This document shows, piece by piece, positions 9,442-20,067 of a stretch of 64,000 bases of DNA. Made by a program: the position numbers and the translations under genes. Source of the stretch: Planctomycetota bacterium (GTDB taxonomy: Bacteria; Planctomycetota; PLA2; JAEUHO01); NCBI GenBank assembly GCA_965222115.1, contig CBDCTJ010000007.1:1088001-1152000 (forward strand), written 5' to 3'. The notes beneath the pieces were generated by a model, which saw only the letters and a list, made by a program, of their open reading frames with translations, did not search any database and was not told where the DNA came from. How positions within the stretch are numbered: the stretch's first letter is position 1; the number at the start of each line of letters is the position of its first letter.

Positions 9442-9676
9442 TTGGGTGTAGCAGATGGGCGCTTCAGCTTGTCTGGGACGTCTCCGATTCGGCATGGGAG
9501 ACTCGCGCCAGCGCCTGGGCGAGGCATGCATAGACCACCGGGAGGGGTCTTGCTTGCGCCGTTCGGGCGGTGGGGGCACGTGCTCGTCGGCTTTCGGCGC
9601 CGCGTCGTGCTTCTGCGACGTGACGGGTGTTTCCAACCCGGGGGCATATCGCCCAAAACATGAATCAGGAGGGATC

Positions 9677-11086
9677 ATGAATCGAGCAACGATGGCCGTC
9701 GCGGCCATGTGCCTATCGGCCGTGTTCGCGGTCGCGATCGCTGGAAACGCGTACGCCAACGAGACCAGTGCTCGTGACATTCAGGCGGCCGTGGACCAGT
9801 ATCTTAGTAACACCGATCAAGATACGAACTTGGTGGGTGGTCCCGGAACCGCTGGCTATGACAACGGTTTCTGGATTCGTGGGGGCGATTTCAGCCTCAA
9901 GATGAATCTCACGCTCCAGGCTCGTTTCGAGGCCATGGACTGGGATGACGCATTTGAGAACCCGGTCGTGGGCGCCAACCAGGCCGCGATTCACGACCTG
10001 TCGGGCTTCAGCCTGCCGCGTGCGGTTCTCAAGTTCTCCGGTACGGCACCGTGCAACATGCGCTATTACATGGCGCTTGATTTCGGTCACTGGGGCGATG
10101 ATGCGCTTCGCCGCCAACTCGGTGGCGGTGGTCAATTCTTCAACAACAACCTTGGGCCCCAGGGCGCCGACCAGAGCTACAACTTCGACAACACGCGTGA
10201 AGCGTGGATCGAGTGGGGTTGCAGCGACGCGCTCAATATCCGTATGGGTCAGATCGCCATTCCCACCACGCGCCAGTTGATGGTTGCCCCCGAACTCCAG
10301 CAGTTCGTGGACGTCTCGTTGGCTTCTGCGTTCTTGGGTTGGAACCTGCCCGGCATGACCGATCGCAACCGCGATCACGGCGTCATGCTTCACGGTGCCT
10401 TCGGTTGCGATAACGAGTGGAGCTACATGTTTGCCATCACCAATGGTGACGGCGGCGACTCCATCCGTAACGTGATCGACTCACGCACGTCCGACAACTT
10501 GGCGTTCAGCGCTCGTGTCAACTGGGCATTCCTCAAGCCGATTGGCTACCAAGAGGGTGCGCTCAATGCCGACACATGCGGCTGGTACGGTGAACTTGGT
10601 GCATGGGGCTTTTACTACGCCGACCGCGTAGACAATCCCCACACGACGATCGCCGACTCGCTCCGCTGGGGTGTTGACCTCGCGCTTGGATACGGCGGCT
10701 GGTCATTCACCGGTGCGTTCAACATGCTCAGCAACAGCGACATTCCCGCCGGCGCTGGTACGAACGATATCGATGCCACGGCCTATTTGGCGCAGCTTGG
10801 TTACCACTTCCCCGGCACGGCTTGGGAAGTTGCGGTTCGCTACAGCGCTTACAACGTCGACAACGACGCGCTCGCTTCGGACGGCACCACGTCTGAAATC
10901 GCGTTCGGTGTGAACTACTACCTCAATGGCCACGGCAACAAGCTCAGCTTGGATGCGGCCATCTTGAGTGGTGACGATGTCAATGCGTTCCTCATCTTCG
11001 ATCCCTACACCGGCTACGGCGGGATTGCGAATGGTGACGAGGACTACGGCTTGTTGCTCCGCTTCCAGTGGCAGCTCGCTCTCTAG
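9677..11086 (+). CDS. Outer-membrane porin, OprO/OprP (phosphate-selective porin)-like beta-barrel
   Basis: AGGAGG SD; Sec signal ending AYA; AGYDNGFWI, LQARF, AWIEW..IRMGQ, RDHGVMLHG, WEVAVRYS, GVNYYLNGHGNKL, terminal strand RFQWQLAL; codon usage looks like a highly expressed gene. Confidence 0.85.
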   Translation: MNRATMAVAAMCLSAVFAVAIAGNAYANETSARDIQAAVDQYLSNTDQDTNLVGGPGTAGYDNGFWIRGGDFSLKMNLTLQARFEAMDWDDAFENPVVGANQAAIHDLSGFSLPRAVLKFSGTAPCNMRYYMALDFGHWGDDALRRQLGGGGQFFNNNLGPQGADQSYNFDNTREAWIEWGCSDALNIRMGQIAIPTTRQLMVAPELQQFVDVSLASAFLGWNLPGMTDRNRDHGVMLHGAFGCDNEWSYMFAITNGDGGDSIRNVIDSRTSDNLAFSARVNWAFLKPIGYQEGALNADTCGWYGELGAWGFYYADRVDNPHTTIADSLRWGVDLALGYGGWSFTGAFNMLSNSDIPAGAGTNDIDATAYLAQLGYHFPGTAWEVAVRYSAYNVDNDALASDGTTSEIAFGVNYYLNGHGNKLSLDAAILSGDDVNAFLIFDPYTGYGGIANGDEDYGLLLRFQWQLAL

Positions 11087-11115
11087 AGTCATTCTACCTC
11101 TAGACCGATTGACTT

Positions 11116-11152
11116 GCGGCGCGTCCATCTTGGGCGCGCCGTCTGTCGTTTT
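11116..11152 (+). terminator. Intrinsic terminator of porin gene
   Basis: CGGCGCGTCCA-TCT-TGGGCGCGCCG hairpin followed by TCTGTCGTTTT. Confidence 0.7.
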
Positions 11153-11189
11153 GTAGTAGTAGTGATTCACCGTGCTGTTTGGGCGTGCT

Positions 11190-11285
11190 GATCGCTGGAT
11201 GCTCGGTCCCGCTTGCGCTCTCCTCCTCGCGTAGCAGACTACGCCACGTCGTCGATCGCGGCGCGCTACCTTCGCCCCAACGATC
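11190..11285. repeat. REP/MITE-like long imperfect palindrome
   Basis: Core GCGTAG-CAGA-CTACGC (11229-11244) preceded by TCCTC; outer GATCGCTGG/CCAACGATC arms; core resembles that of the 8281-8453 element. Confidence 0.45.
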
Positions 11286-11395
11286 CGATTGAGATCGAAC
11301 GAGCCTCGTTTGAAATTCGGAATACGGCGCTCGTGCGAACGAACGAGGCAGGGTGTGTATGGGCGCTTTCAGTGAAGGCACCGTAGAGTCTCTGC

Positions 11396-14300
11396 ATGCC
11401 GCGCGAGACACCACGCTTCATCTCCATCCGTGGTGCCCGGCAACACAATCTTCAAGGCGTCGATGTTGACATCCCGGTCGGCGCCCTGACGGTCATCACC
11501 GGCGTTTCCGGATCTGGAAAGTCGAGTCTTGCGTTCGATACGCTCTACGCCGAGGGCCAACGGCGGTACGTCGAATCGTTCTCGGCCTACGCCCGGCAGT
11601 TTCTCGATCGCATGAAGCGGCCAAACGTCGAACGGATCGACGGAGTCCTGCCCGCGGTAGCGATCGGTCGCAGCAATCCCTTTCGAGGCGCCCGTTCCAC
11701 GGTGGCTTCACTGTGTGAGCTCACCGATCACCTTCGAGTCCTCTTTGCGCGCGCCGCGTTCTTGCACTGTACGTCGTGCGGTAAACGCGTTGAGCCGGAA
11801 CATCCACAGGCGGTGATTGGGCGGCTGCTCAGCGAAGCACGCGGTCGCAAGGCGATGTTGGGCTTCGAGCTACCACTCACTCGTGAACAGCTTGTTCGCG
11901 GTGGGCTCAACGATCTCCAGAGTAGTGGCTTGTTTCGTGTGGTGCAGAACGGTCGTGCCGTAGACATAGCGGCCGATGGCTCAAACTGGCCTGAGAAGGG
12001 ACCAGGCTTCGTCCTTGTGGATCGCGTCATCATTGGCCGGACGGCACGTAGTCGGCTTGAAGACTCGTTGCAAACGTCTTTTCGCGGCGGTCGAGGCACA
12101 GCGTATGTGCTGTTGCTTGGTGATGGGGACAAGGACGAAGAGCAGCGTGCATTTCGTGAGGGGCTCATCTGCGCCGCTTGCGGCACGTCGCATCGTCCGC
12201 CGACGCCGCGCATGTTTTCGTCGAGCAGTCCTGTAGGTGCGTGCGGCACCTGCAATGGATTTGGGCGTGTCACAGGCATTGACTGGGACCTTGTGGTTCC
12301 CATCGCACACCACTCGCTCAAGCAGGGTGCCGTTCGCCCGTTTCAAACTCCGTCGATGCGTCGTCACCGCAGTCGGTTGTTGCAATGGTGCGTGGAACAG
12401 GGCATCGATGTCAACAAACCGTGGAGCAGACTCAAGGCATCGGACCGCAAGCGCATTTTGCAGGGTGGCGACGGATGGAAGGGCGTTGCTGGCGTCTTCG
12501 ATGCGCTCAAACGTAAGAGTTACAAAGTTCACGTGCGTGTGCTGTTGTCACGCTACCGCGGGTATCCAACCTGCCCCGACTGCGAGGGTACGCGGCTGGC
12601 GCCTCAGGGACGTGCGTGGACGCTTGGCAACTATGCACTGCCGGATGTACTGGCAATGCGTGTGAACGAGGCGTGTGCGTTCTTTCAGAGCGCTACTACG
12701 AAGTCGGCGCTGACCGATGCCTTGGATCGCGTGCAGCGTGAAGTCGTGCGCGTTGTGGCCGAGGAAGTACTCGCCCGCTTGACCTGTCTTCAAGAAGTGG
12801 GGCTTGGTTACATCACGCTTGATCGCACGGCACGCACGCTCTCCGGCGGAGAGATTCAACGCGTGCATTTGACCGGCGCGATTGGTTCGCGACTCGTCAA
12901 CACACTATTCGTGTTGGACGAACCTTCCGTGGGGCTGCACGCGCGCGACAACGAACGTCTCTTGCGTGTGTTGCGTCGGCTAGTGGGCCAAGGCAACACG
13001 GTGGTAGTTGTCGAACACGATCCGGCCATCCTTCGCGCCGCCGACTTCGTCGTGGACATCGGCCCTCACGCCGGTCGCGATGGAGGACGCGTAGTTGCCA
13101 TGGGCGCACCGGCCGATATCGCCAAGAACGCCGATTCAATTACCGGCGCATGGTTGACCGGTGCACGCAAGGCTACGCCGCACGGCGTTTCGCCAATTGC
13201 GAAATCGAAAGACCACCGCGTGGGTGTAGCTGGCGCGAGCGCGAACAACCTCAAGGGCGTCGACCTGCTCCTCTCGATGGGCCGCGTCACGGCGCTTACC
13301 GGCGTTAGCGGTAGTGGTAAGTCGACGCTGGCCCACGACGTGCTGTACATGGCGATGGCGCGCGCGCTCGGACGACCGGAACAGACACCGGGCTCGCACA
13401 TTGCAGTTGTCGGCGTAGAACTCCTCGACGACGTGATTCTTGTGGAGCAAGCCGCTGCCGGCCGTACGTCGCGCGCCAATGCAGCCACGTACCTCGGTGC
13501 GTGGGACGGCGTGCGCAAGCTCTTTTCCGGTTTGGACGCGTCGGTGGAAGCTGGCTTCACCGCGTCGACGTTTTCGTTCAATGTTCGGGGTGGACGTTGC
13601 GAAGCCTGTGGTGGTGCGGGTGTTGAACGCATCGATATGCAATTTCTCTCCGACGTGGACATTGAGTGTTCGGAGTGCGCGGGACTACGCTTTCGCCCGG
13701 ATGTACTCTCCGTGCGGTACCGCGGTCATTCGATTGGCGACGTGCTGGGTCTCACGGCGCGGGAAGCGCGAGACGTTTTTGGCGAAGCACCAAAGTCGGT
13801 ACGCACCAAAGTGCTGGCAGCGCTCGATGCCCTGCGCGATGTGGGACTTGAGTATCTAACACTGGGTCAGTCGCTCAATACCCTGTCCAGCGGGGAGTGG
13901 CAGCGGTTACGGTTGGCGTTGGCCCTTCAGACGCGCAAGCCCAAGAAACCATCGCTCTACATCTTCGATGAGCCCACGACAGGGCTCCATATGAACGACG
14001 TGGATGTGCTTGGCCGCGCGATTCATCACCTTGCGGCTCGTGGGCATGCGGTGTTGGTCGTTGAGCACAACCTCGACTTCATTCGTGGTGCCCATCGTGT
14101 GATTGATCTTGGGCCCGAAGGCGGCGATGCCGGTGGCGAGATCGTCGCCGACGGTACGCCTGCGGAGGTGTCGAAAGGCAGCGGTCACACGGCAGTATGG
14201 CTGCGCAAGCGACCTGCGCGTCTCAAGCGCACAACGAAAGCGCGTGGTTCGAAGCGCGCCTCGCAGAATATCGACGCGATTGAAATCCGTGGCGCACGCG

Positions 14301-17101
14301 AACACAACTTACGTGATGTGAAGGTGGATGTTCCGCGGGGTGCGTTTGTTGTGGTGAGTGGTCCCAGCGGTTCGGGCAAGTCCACTCTGGCGTTTGATGT
14401 GCTCTTTGCCGAAGGGCAACGGCGCTACATTGAGACGTTGTCGGTATATGCGCGTCAGTTTCTCGGCCAGTTGGGGCGTCCGGACGTCGATCGGGTAGCT
14501 GGCGTGCCGCCCACGATTGCGATTTCTCAGCGTCGCTCGCGTGGTGGTCGTCGGTCAACCGTGGCAACCATGACCGAGATCGCACACTTCTTGCGGCTCT
14601 TTTATGCCCGCGCCGGCGTGGCCCATTGCCCGTCGTGTGATCGACCCTTGGAAACGCTATCCGAACGCGTGATGGCCACGCGCATAGTGGACGAGTATCA
14701 GGGACAGACGATTCAATTGTGGGCGCCGCGCATTCTTGGTCGCAAGGGCTTTCATCGCGATCTCTTCGAGCAAATGGCGCGGCGCGGGCACGCAACGGCG
14801 CGCGTGGATGAACGCATTGTTGCCTGTGATCCACCGCCCAAACTCGACCGCTATCGCGAACACGACATCGACGAGTGGATGGGGTCGCTCAACGTCACGC
14901 GGCGCGTTCGGCCTGGCCTCGAGGCTCTGATCGCGGCCACATTGATTCGCGGCAACGGTTCGTTGGTTGTGACCGATGAAAATGACGTGCCGCGGCGCTA
15001 TTCATCCAAGCAGTCGTGTCCGTACGATGGCACGGCGGTGCGCGATCTGGAGCCACGGCTGTTTAGCCACAACAGTAAGCGCGGGTGGTGTCCGAACTGT
15101 CGTGGCTTGGGTACGGAACCCACCGTTGACGCGTCGTTGATACCCATTGCAGAAGACAAGACCCTGGCGGCGGGAGCGATTACACCGCTTGGTATTGAGC
15201 CGTCCATGCGCCGGAAGTTCAATCGCGATGCCAAGAATGAGCTCGGCATTCATCCGCGCACGGTGTGGTCTTCGCTCACCGCTGCCAAGAAGCGCGTATT
15301 GATTGAAGGGAATGCGTCCAAGGGCTTTGAAGGCGCGCGCTCGCGCCTCGAACGCTACTTTCGTGAAGGTCCTGAAGGTGCGGCGGATTGGTTTGGTGAC
15401 TACGTCAGGCGCGTGTCTTGTTCGGCGTGCTCAGGTGAACGGCTGCGACCGGAAGCACGCGCCGTGCGAGTGGGGGATAAGCGCCTGCCGGAGTTGCTAC
15501 ACCACTCCATTGGCGGATTTGACGACGCACTCAAGTCGTTGGTGCTCTCGGGTCGACAAGCGCGCATTGGCAAGCCGGTCTTGCGTGGCATCCATGATCG
15601 CGCTGCGTTTATGGAACGTATGGGACTTGGCTACCTCACGCTTGACCGCGATGCGCGCACGCTTTCGGGTGGCGAATCGCAGCGCCTGCGGCTTGCGGCA
15701 CAAATGGGTAGCACGTTGCGCGGCGTGTGCTACGTGCTCGATGAACCCACGATTGGACTTCATGCGCGCGACAACGCTCGCTTGTTGCGCTCACTGCAAG
15801 ACCTTCGCGCTCGTGGCAACAGTCTGGTTGTGGTGGAACACGATCTCGACACCATTCGTGCCGCGGATCGGTTGATCGATCTCGGGCCGGGTGGGGGACG
15901 CTTGGGCGGTCGGATTGTTGCGGAGGGCACGCCGAGCGAACTAGCGCACGATCCAGATTCGCCCACCGGTCGTGTACTCCAGCGAACGTCGCCAACGTTG
16001 AACGCCAGTACGGTACCCGCCACAGCGCGCATCAAGCTGAGCGGCGTGACGCTGCACAACCTCAAATGCGTGAATGTTGAGATTCCACTCAATCGGTTCG
16101 TTTGCGTAACCGGCGTCTCCGGTGCAGGCAAGTCAACCTTGATGCATCGCGTGTTGGTGCCCGCGCTCAACATTGCGCTCAACAAGAAGACGAAACGCAA
16201 GCCAACGGGTCCGTTTCGTTCCATCTCGGGCTATGGCGCGCTCACTCGTGTGGTGGAAGTTGATTCCGCGCCCATTGGTAAGACGCCGCGCTCGGTGCCT
16301 GCGACCTATCTGGGTATGTGGACGCCGATTCGCAAGGCGTTAGCGCTAACGCCAGAGGCGCGGGTGCGTGGTTATGGTCCCGGTCGATTCTCGTTCAATA
16401 CGCGTGAGGGTCGATGTCCTGAGTGCGACGGCATGGGCGAGCGTCGCATTGAAATGTCGTTTTTGCCGGGCGTACGCGTGCCCTGTGAAACGTGCGAAGG
16501 GCTTCGTTTTGATCCCGAGACGCTCGATATTCGGTGGAAGGGGCGCAACGCTGGCGAACTGCTCGCCATGAGTTTTGAAGAAGCCACATCGTTCTACGAA
16601 GGCATGGCATCGATTCGAAGCTACGCGAATTGGATGCATGAGCTGGGAATGGGGTATCTCGCACTTGGACAACCCTCGCCCACGCTTTCGGGTGGCGAAG
16701 CGCAGCGCGTGAAGCTCGTCTCTGAACTTGGCAAAGAATCCACGTCCGGCGCCACGCTGTATGTGTTGGATGAACCCACGATTGGTCTGCACGGTGAAGA
16801 CGTCGATCGCTTGGTTGCGGGGTTGCGCAAGCTTGTTGAACGTGGGCATACGGTGGTTGTGATTGAGCACAATCTCGAACTGATTGCGACGGCCGATCAT
16901 GTCATCGACTTGGGGCCGGAAGGCGGGGACGGCGGCGGTCGCGTCGTCGCGTGTGGCACACCCAAAGACGTGTCGCGTGTAAAGAAAGATAGTCACACAG
17001 CCAAGGCACTTCGAGGTCTTAGCCGCGCACGCATGCCTGGAAGCAAGCGCAAAGCGTCCTCGGTTCCAAAGTCAAGGACGTCAACCCCAAGTCGCTCGTA
17101 A
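11396..17101 (+). CDS. uvrA: Excinuclease ABC subunit UvrA, double-length (two fused UvrA units, four ABC ATPase domains)
   Basis: Four Walker A ([36 protein letters not shown]), LAFD(T/V)L(Y/F)AEGQRRY twice, four LS(G/S)GE signatures, multiple CxxC zinc modules. Confidence 0.95.
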   Translation: MPRETPRFISIRGARQHNLQGVDVDIPVGALTVITGVSGSGKSSLAFDTLYAEGQRRYVESFSAYARQFLDRMKRPNVERIDGVLPAVAIGRSNPFRGARSTVASLCELTDHLRVLFARAAFLHCTSCGKRVEPEHPQAVIGRLLSEARGRKAMLGFELPLTREQLVRGGLNDLQSSGLFRVVQNGRAVDIAADGSNWPEKGPGFVLVDRVIIGRTARSRLEDSLQTSFRGGRGTAYVLLLGDGDKDEEQRAFREGLICAACGTSHRPPTPRMFSSSSPVGACGTCNGFGRVTGIDWDLVVPIAHHSLKQGAVRPFQTPSMRRHRSRLLQWCVEQGIDVNKPWSRLKASDRKRILQGGDGWKGVAGVFDALKRKSYKVHVRVLLSRYRGYPTCPDCEGTRLAPQGRAWTLGNYALPDVLAMRVNEACAFFQSATTKSALTDALDRVQREVVRVVAEEVLARLTCLQEVGLGYITLDRTARTLSGGEIQRVHLTGAIGSRLVNTLFVLDEPSVGLHARDNERLLRVLRRLVGQGNTVVVVEHDPAILRAADFVVDIGPHAGRDGGRVVAMGAPADIAKNADSITGAWLTGARKATPHGVSPIAKSKDHRVGVAGASANNLKGVDLLLSMGRVTALTGVSGSGKSTLAHDVLYMAMARALGRPEQTPGSHIAVVGVELLDDVILVEQAAAGRTSRANAATYLGAWDGVRKLFSGLDASVEAGFTASTFSFNVRGGRCEACGGAGVERIDMQFLSDVDIECSECAGLRFRPDVLSVRYRGHSIGDVLGLTAREARDVFGEAPKSVRTKVLAALDALRDVGLEYLTLGQSLNTLSSGEWQRLRLALALQTRKPKKPSLYIFDEPTTGLHMNDVDVLGRAIHHLAARGHAVLVVEHNLDFIRGAHRVIDLGPEGGDAGGEIVADGTPAEVSKGSGHTAVWLRKRPARLKRTTKARGSKRASQNIDAIEIRGAREHNLRDVKVDVPRGAFVVVSGPSGSGKSTLAFDVLFAEGQRRYIETLSVYARQFLGQLGRPDVDRVAGVPPTIAISQRRSRGGRRSTVATMTEIAHFLRLFYARAGVAHCPSCDRPLETLSERVMATRIVDEYQGQTIQLWAPRILGRKGFHRDLFEQMARRGHATARVDERIVACDPPPKLDRYREHDIDEWMGSLNVTRRVRPGLEALIAATLIRGNGSLVVTDENDVPRRYSSKQSCPYDGTAVRDLEPRLFSHNSKRGWCPNCRGLGTEPTVDASLIPIAEDKTLAAGAITPLGIEPSMRRKFNRDAKNELGIHPRTVWSSLTAAKKRVLIEGNASKGFEGARSRLERYFREGPEGAADWFGDYVRRVSCSACSGERLRPEARAVRVGDKRLPELLHHSIGGFDDALKSLVLSGRQARIGKPVLRGIHDRAAFMERMGLGYLTLDRDARTLSGGESQRLRLAAQMGSTLRGVCYVLDEPTIGLHARDNARLLRSLQDLRARGNSLVVVEHDLDTIRAADRLIDLGPGGGRLGGRIVAEGTPSELAHDPDSPTGRVLQRTSPTLNASTVPATARIKLSGVTLHNLKCVNVEIPLNRFVCVTGVSGAGKSTLMHRVLVPALNIALNKKTKRKPTGPFRSISGYGALTRVVEVDSAPIGKTPRSVPATYLGMWTPIRKALALTPEARVRGYGPGRFSFNTREGRCPECDGMGERRIEMSFLPGVRVPCETCEGLRFDPETLDIRWKGRNAGELLAMSFEEATSFYEGMASIRSYANWMHELGMGYLALGQPSPTLSGGEAQRVKLVSELGKESTSGATLYVLDEPTIGLHGEDVDRLVAGLRKLVERGHTVVVIEHNLELIATADHVIDLGPEGGDGGGRVVACGTPKDVSRVKKDSHTAKALRGLSRARMPGSKRKASSVPKSRTSTPSRS

Positions 17102-17165
17102 GACGCTTGCTTCGTGGTTGAGTCTACCCGCATTCGGCGCGTACGATGTGTGTCGGAGGACCGCT

Positions 17166-17822
17166 ATGTCGGAACACGACCACGATCACGCAACGCGGCG
17201 CGACTCGCAGACGTCGCAGGGCGTCACACGCAGAGCGTTGGTTCAAGGTGCCGCGACCGCAGCAGCCACAGGCGCGTTGCTTGGTCGTTCAGCACTCGCG
17301 AAGGAAGCGCCAGCGAAGACACGCGTTTCGGCGCCCAAGGTGCAGGGACCCGGCAAGGTGTCGATCAAGTTGCAGGTCAATGGCAAGGCGCAGTCGCTTT
17401 CAGTGGAGCCGCGCGAAACGTTGCTTGAGTCGCTGCGCTTGGGTCTCGATTTGACGGGTGCCAAGCCCGTTTGCGATCGCGGGCAGTGCGGAGCATGCAC
17501 GATTCTGTTGGACGACCTGCCGGTCTATGCCTGCACGGTGTTGACGGTTGAGGCGGAGGGCAAAGCCGTTACCACGGTTGAAGGATTGGGCACCCCCTCC
17601 AAGTTGCATCCGGTTCAAAAGTCGTTCGTCGATCATGACGCGCTGCAATGTGGTTTCTGCACACCCGGCATGGTCGTTTCGTGCGCCTATGCCGTGAAGA
17701 CACACGGCGCGTCATTGACCGACGAACAGGTGCGTAACGCATGCGCCGGAAATCTTTGCCGCTGCGGCACCTATCCCCATGTGCTCAAGGCCGCACTCGA
17801 AGCCGCGAAGAAGGGGAAGTAA
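17166..17822 (+). CDS. Tat-exported 2x[2Fe-2S] subunit of xanthine dehydrogenase/aldehyde oxidoreductase family (PaoA/YagT-like)
   Basis: GGAGGA SD; twin-arginine VTRRALVQG; CDRGQCGACT, QCGFCTPG, GNLCRCG. Confidence 0.92.
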   Translation: MSEHDHDHATRRDSQTSQGVTRRALVQGAATAAATGALLGRSALAKEAPAKTRVSAPKVQGPGKVSIKLQVNGKAQSLSVEPRETLLESLRLGLDLTGAKPVCDRGQCGACTILLDDLPVYACTVLTVEAEGKAVTTVEGLGTPSKLHPVQKSFVDHDALQCGFCTPGMVVSCAYAVKTHGASLTDEQVRNACAGNLCRCGTYPHVLKAALEAAKKGK

Positions 17823-17823
17823 G

Positions 17824-20067
17824 ATGCCGAGGGAAGTCACATACAAAGTTGGCCTGGAAGGCTTCGACGAATACCGCAAAGGCATCAAGGGCCTCGAACA
17901 CGAGATTACGGTACAGATTGACGACGGCGATGTGGCACCGTGGCCTGTGAATCACAAGCTCAGTGTTGTCGGCAGTGAAGTCGCGCGAGTGGATGGTGCG
18001 GCCAAGGCCACGGGCGCTGCGAAATATACGTATGACGTGCGTCCCGACAACATGGCATTTGCGGGTGTATTGGGTTCGCCTCACGCCCACGCCAAAGTCA
18101 AGGCCATCGATGACACGGCAGCCAAGAAGGTGCCGGGGGTCTTAGCTGTGAAGTCCTTCGTCAATCGACACATCAAGTATCCGGGGCAACCCGTGGCGGC
18201 CGTCTGTGCGGAGACACCAGCGGCGCTTGCTGATGGCCTCCATGCACTTGACGTGCGCTACGATGTGTATCCGGCAGCCGTAACGGTAGATGACGCGCGC
18301 AAGGAAGACGCACCGCGGGTAGATGCCAGGCGCCCCAACGTGGGTCGACGCGGTCGTGGACGGCGCAATGGTGAGGCGACCGATGAAGCGCTTAGCAAGG
18401 CGGCCCACAAGATCGAAGCCGAGTATCGCACACAGGTTCAGACACACTCGTGTTTCGAGCCTCACGGGTGCACTGTCGCGCTCAACAAAGATGGCACAGC
18501 CACGGTGTGGGCCTCCACACAGGCCACGTCTGGGTACGCGCGCGGAGCGATTAGTCAGGGGTTGGGTATTTCTCCCAGTCGCATTCGCGTGATTACGCAT
18601 CACATGGGCGGAGGCTTCGGAAGCAAATTTGGTGCGAGCGAGCCCGACAAGATCACTGCTGAGTTTGCGAAGCAACTCAAGCGTCCGGTTCAGGGACTTC
18701 TTACACGTCGTCAAGAACACCTGATCGGCGGCAATCGACCCGATTCGATCCAGACCATCAAGTTGGGAGCCGACAAAGACGGCAAGTTCGTTGCGCACAA
18801 GGTTCAGAATCTCGGCACGGCGGGCAACGGCCGGGGCGGCGCAGGTGCGTCCAACGTCATGGTCTATCGATTCGGTCAGGCCGACGCCGATCAGCGTGCG
18901 GTGTCAACTCACACTGGTATCGCTCGCGCCTTTCGCGCGCCGCGACATCCGCAAGGATCGTTTGGTCTCGAAAGCGCTATTGACTTGCTGGCCGCCAAAA
19001 TGAACATGGACCCCCTGGATGTGCGACTCAAGAACGATCCGCATCCCGTTCGGCAAGTACAGTGGCGCATAGGGGCCGACCGCATCGGCTGGAAGGCACT
19101 TCGAAAAGACGCGGGCAGCACTGGCACGGTTAAGCGCGGTGTCGGGTGTGCGGCGGCCGTTTGGTACAACGCGGGTCGTGGCAGCTGGGTGGTTCAAGTC
19201 GGTGTAGACGCCGATGGCAGCGTAACGATTCAAAGTGGGACCCAAGACATCGGTACCGGCACTCGCACCGTGCTTGCCATGATGGTTGCTGAAGAACTTG
19301 GCGTGGCTGTGTCCAAGGTGCATGTGGATATCGGCGACTCGCGGCATCCGCCTGGGCCCGCTAGCGGAGGAAGTACTACCACGCCATCGATTGCTCCCGC
19401 CGCGCGCGAAGCCGGTGTCAATGCACGCATCAAACTTTCAGCACTCCTCGCTAAGCATTGGGGAATCGCAGAATACGACGTTTCACTCGTCGATGGTGTG
19501 TATCGCGCTGGAACGAAGAGCGCGAGCTTCAAAGAGGCCTGTGCGTTGATCGGCGATGAAGGCATTCGTGTTACTGGGCGGCGCCGAAAGAATCAAAGAG
19601 CGCCCGACGTGTTTAGTCAGACCGCCGGATGCCAGTTCGCCGATGTCTCGGTGGACACAGAAACCGGATTCATCAAAGTCAATAAGGTCGTCGCTGTACA
19701 CGACGCCGGGCGCATTGTGAATCGCATGACGGCGCGCAGCCAAGTAAACGGCGGCGTGATTCAAGGGGTGTCCTACGCGCTCTACGAAGAGCGGCTGATG
19801 GATCCGAATGTGGCCGACATGATCAATCCCACGCTCGATACGTATCGCATCATGGGCATGGCCGACTGCCCGGAGATCGACGTTGTACTTACGTCAGTGG
19901 TTACTGGACATAACAACGCCGGGCTGATGGGCATTGGTGAACCTGCCACAGTGCCCACAGCAGGCGCCGTTGCCAATGCAGTGTTCCACGCGCTCGGTGT
20001 ACAGGTTCGACAGCTGCCGATGACACCCGCGCGTGTGCTTGCGGCGCTCGAAAGGAGGAACGGATGA
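17824..20067 (+). CDS. Molybdopterin-binding large subunit, xanthine dehydrogenase family (PaoC/YagR-like)
   Basis: RVDGAAKATG, MGGGFGSK, AFRAP, QDIGTGTRT, SGGSTT, SQVNGGVIQG, GIGEPA motifs. Confidence 0.93.
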   Translation: MPREVTYKVGLEGFDEYRKGIKGLEHEITVQIDDGDVAPWPVNHKLSVVGSEVARVDGAAKATGAAKYTYDVRPDNMAFAGVLGSPHAHAKVKAIDDTAAKKVPGVLAVKSFVNRHIKYPGQPVAAVCAETPAALADGLHALDVRYDVYPAAVTVDDARKEDAPRVDARRPNVGRRGRGRRNGEATDEALSKAAHKIEAEYRTQVQTHSCFEPHGCTVALNKDGTATVWASTQATSGYARGAISQGLGISPSRIRVITHHMGGGFGSKFGASEPDKITAEFAKQLKRPVQGLLTRRQEHLIGGNRPDSIQTIKLGADKDGKFVAHKVQNLGTAGNGRGGAGASNVMVYRFGQADADQRAVSTHTGIARAFRAPRHPQGSFGLESAIDLLAAKMNMDPLDVRLKNDPHPVRQVQWRIGADRIGWKALRKDAGSTGTVKRGVGCAAAVWYNAGRGSWVVQVGVDADGSVTIQSGTQDIGTGTRTVLAMMVAEELGVAVSKVHVDIGDSRHPPGPASGGSTTTPSIAPAAREAGVNARIKLSALLAKHWGIAEYDVSLVDGVYRAGTKSASFKEACALIGDEGIRVTGRRRKNQRAPDVFSQTAGCQFADVSVDTETGFIKVNKVVAVHDAGRIVNRMTARSQVNGGVIQGVSYALYEERLMDPNVADMINPTLDTYRIMGMADCPEIDVVLTSVVTGHNNAGLMGIGEPATVPTAGAVANAVFHALGVQVRQLPMTPARVLAALERRNG

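Noticed and set aside
9455-9676. Cys-rich 74-aa N-terminal extension of the porin
   Set aside because: A strong SD and signal peptide define the start at 9677; the upstream frame is likely untranslated leader
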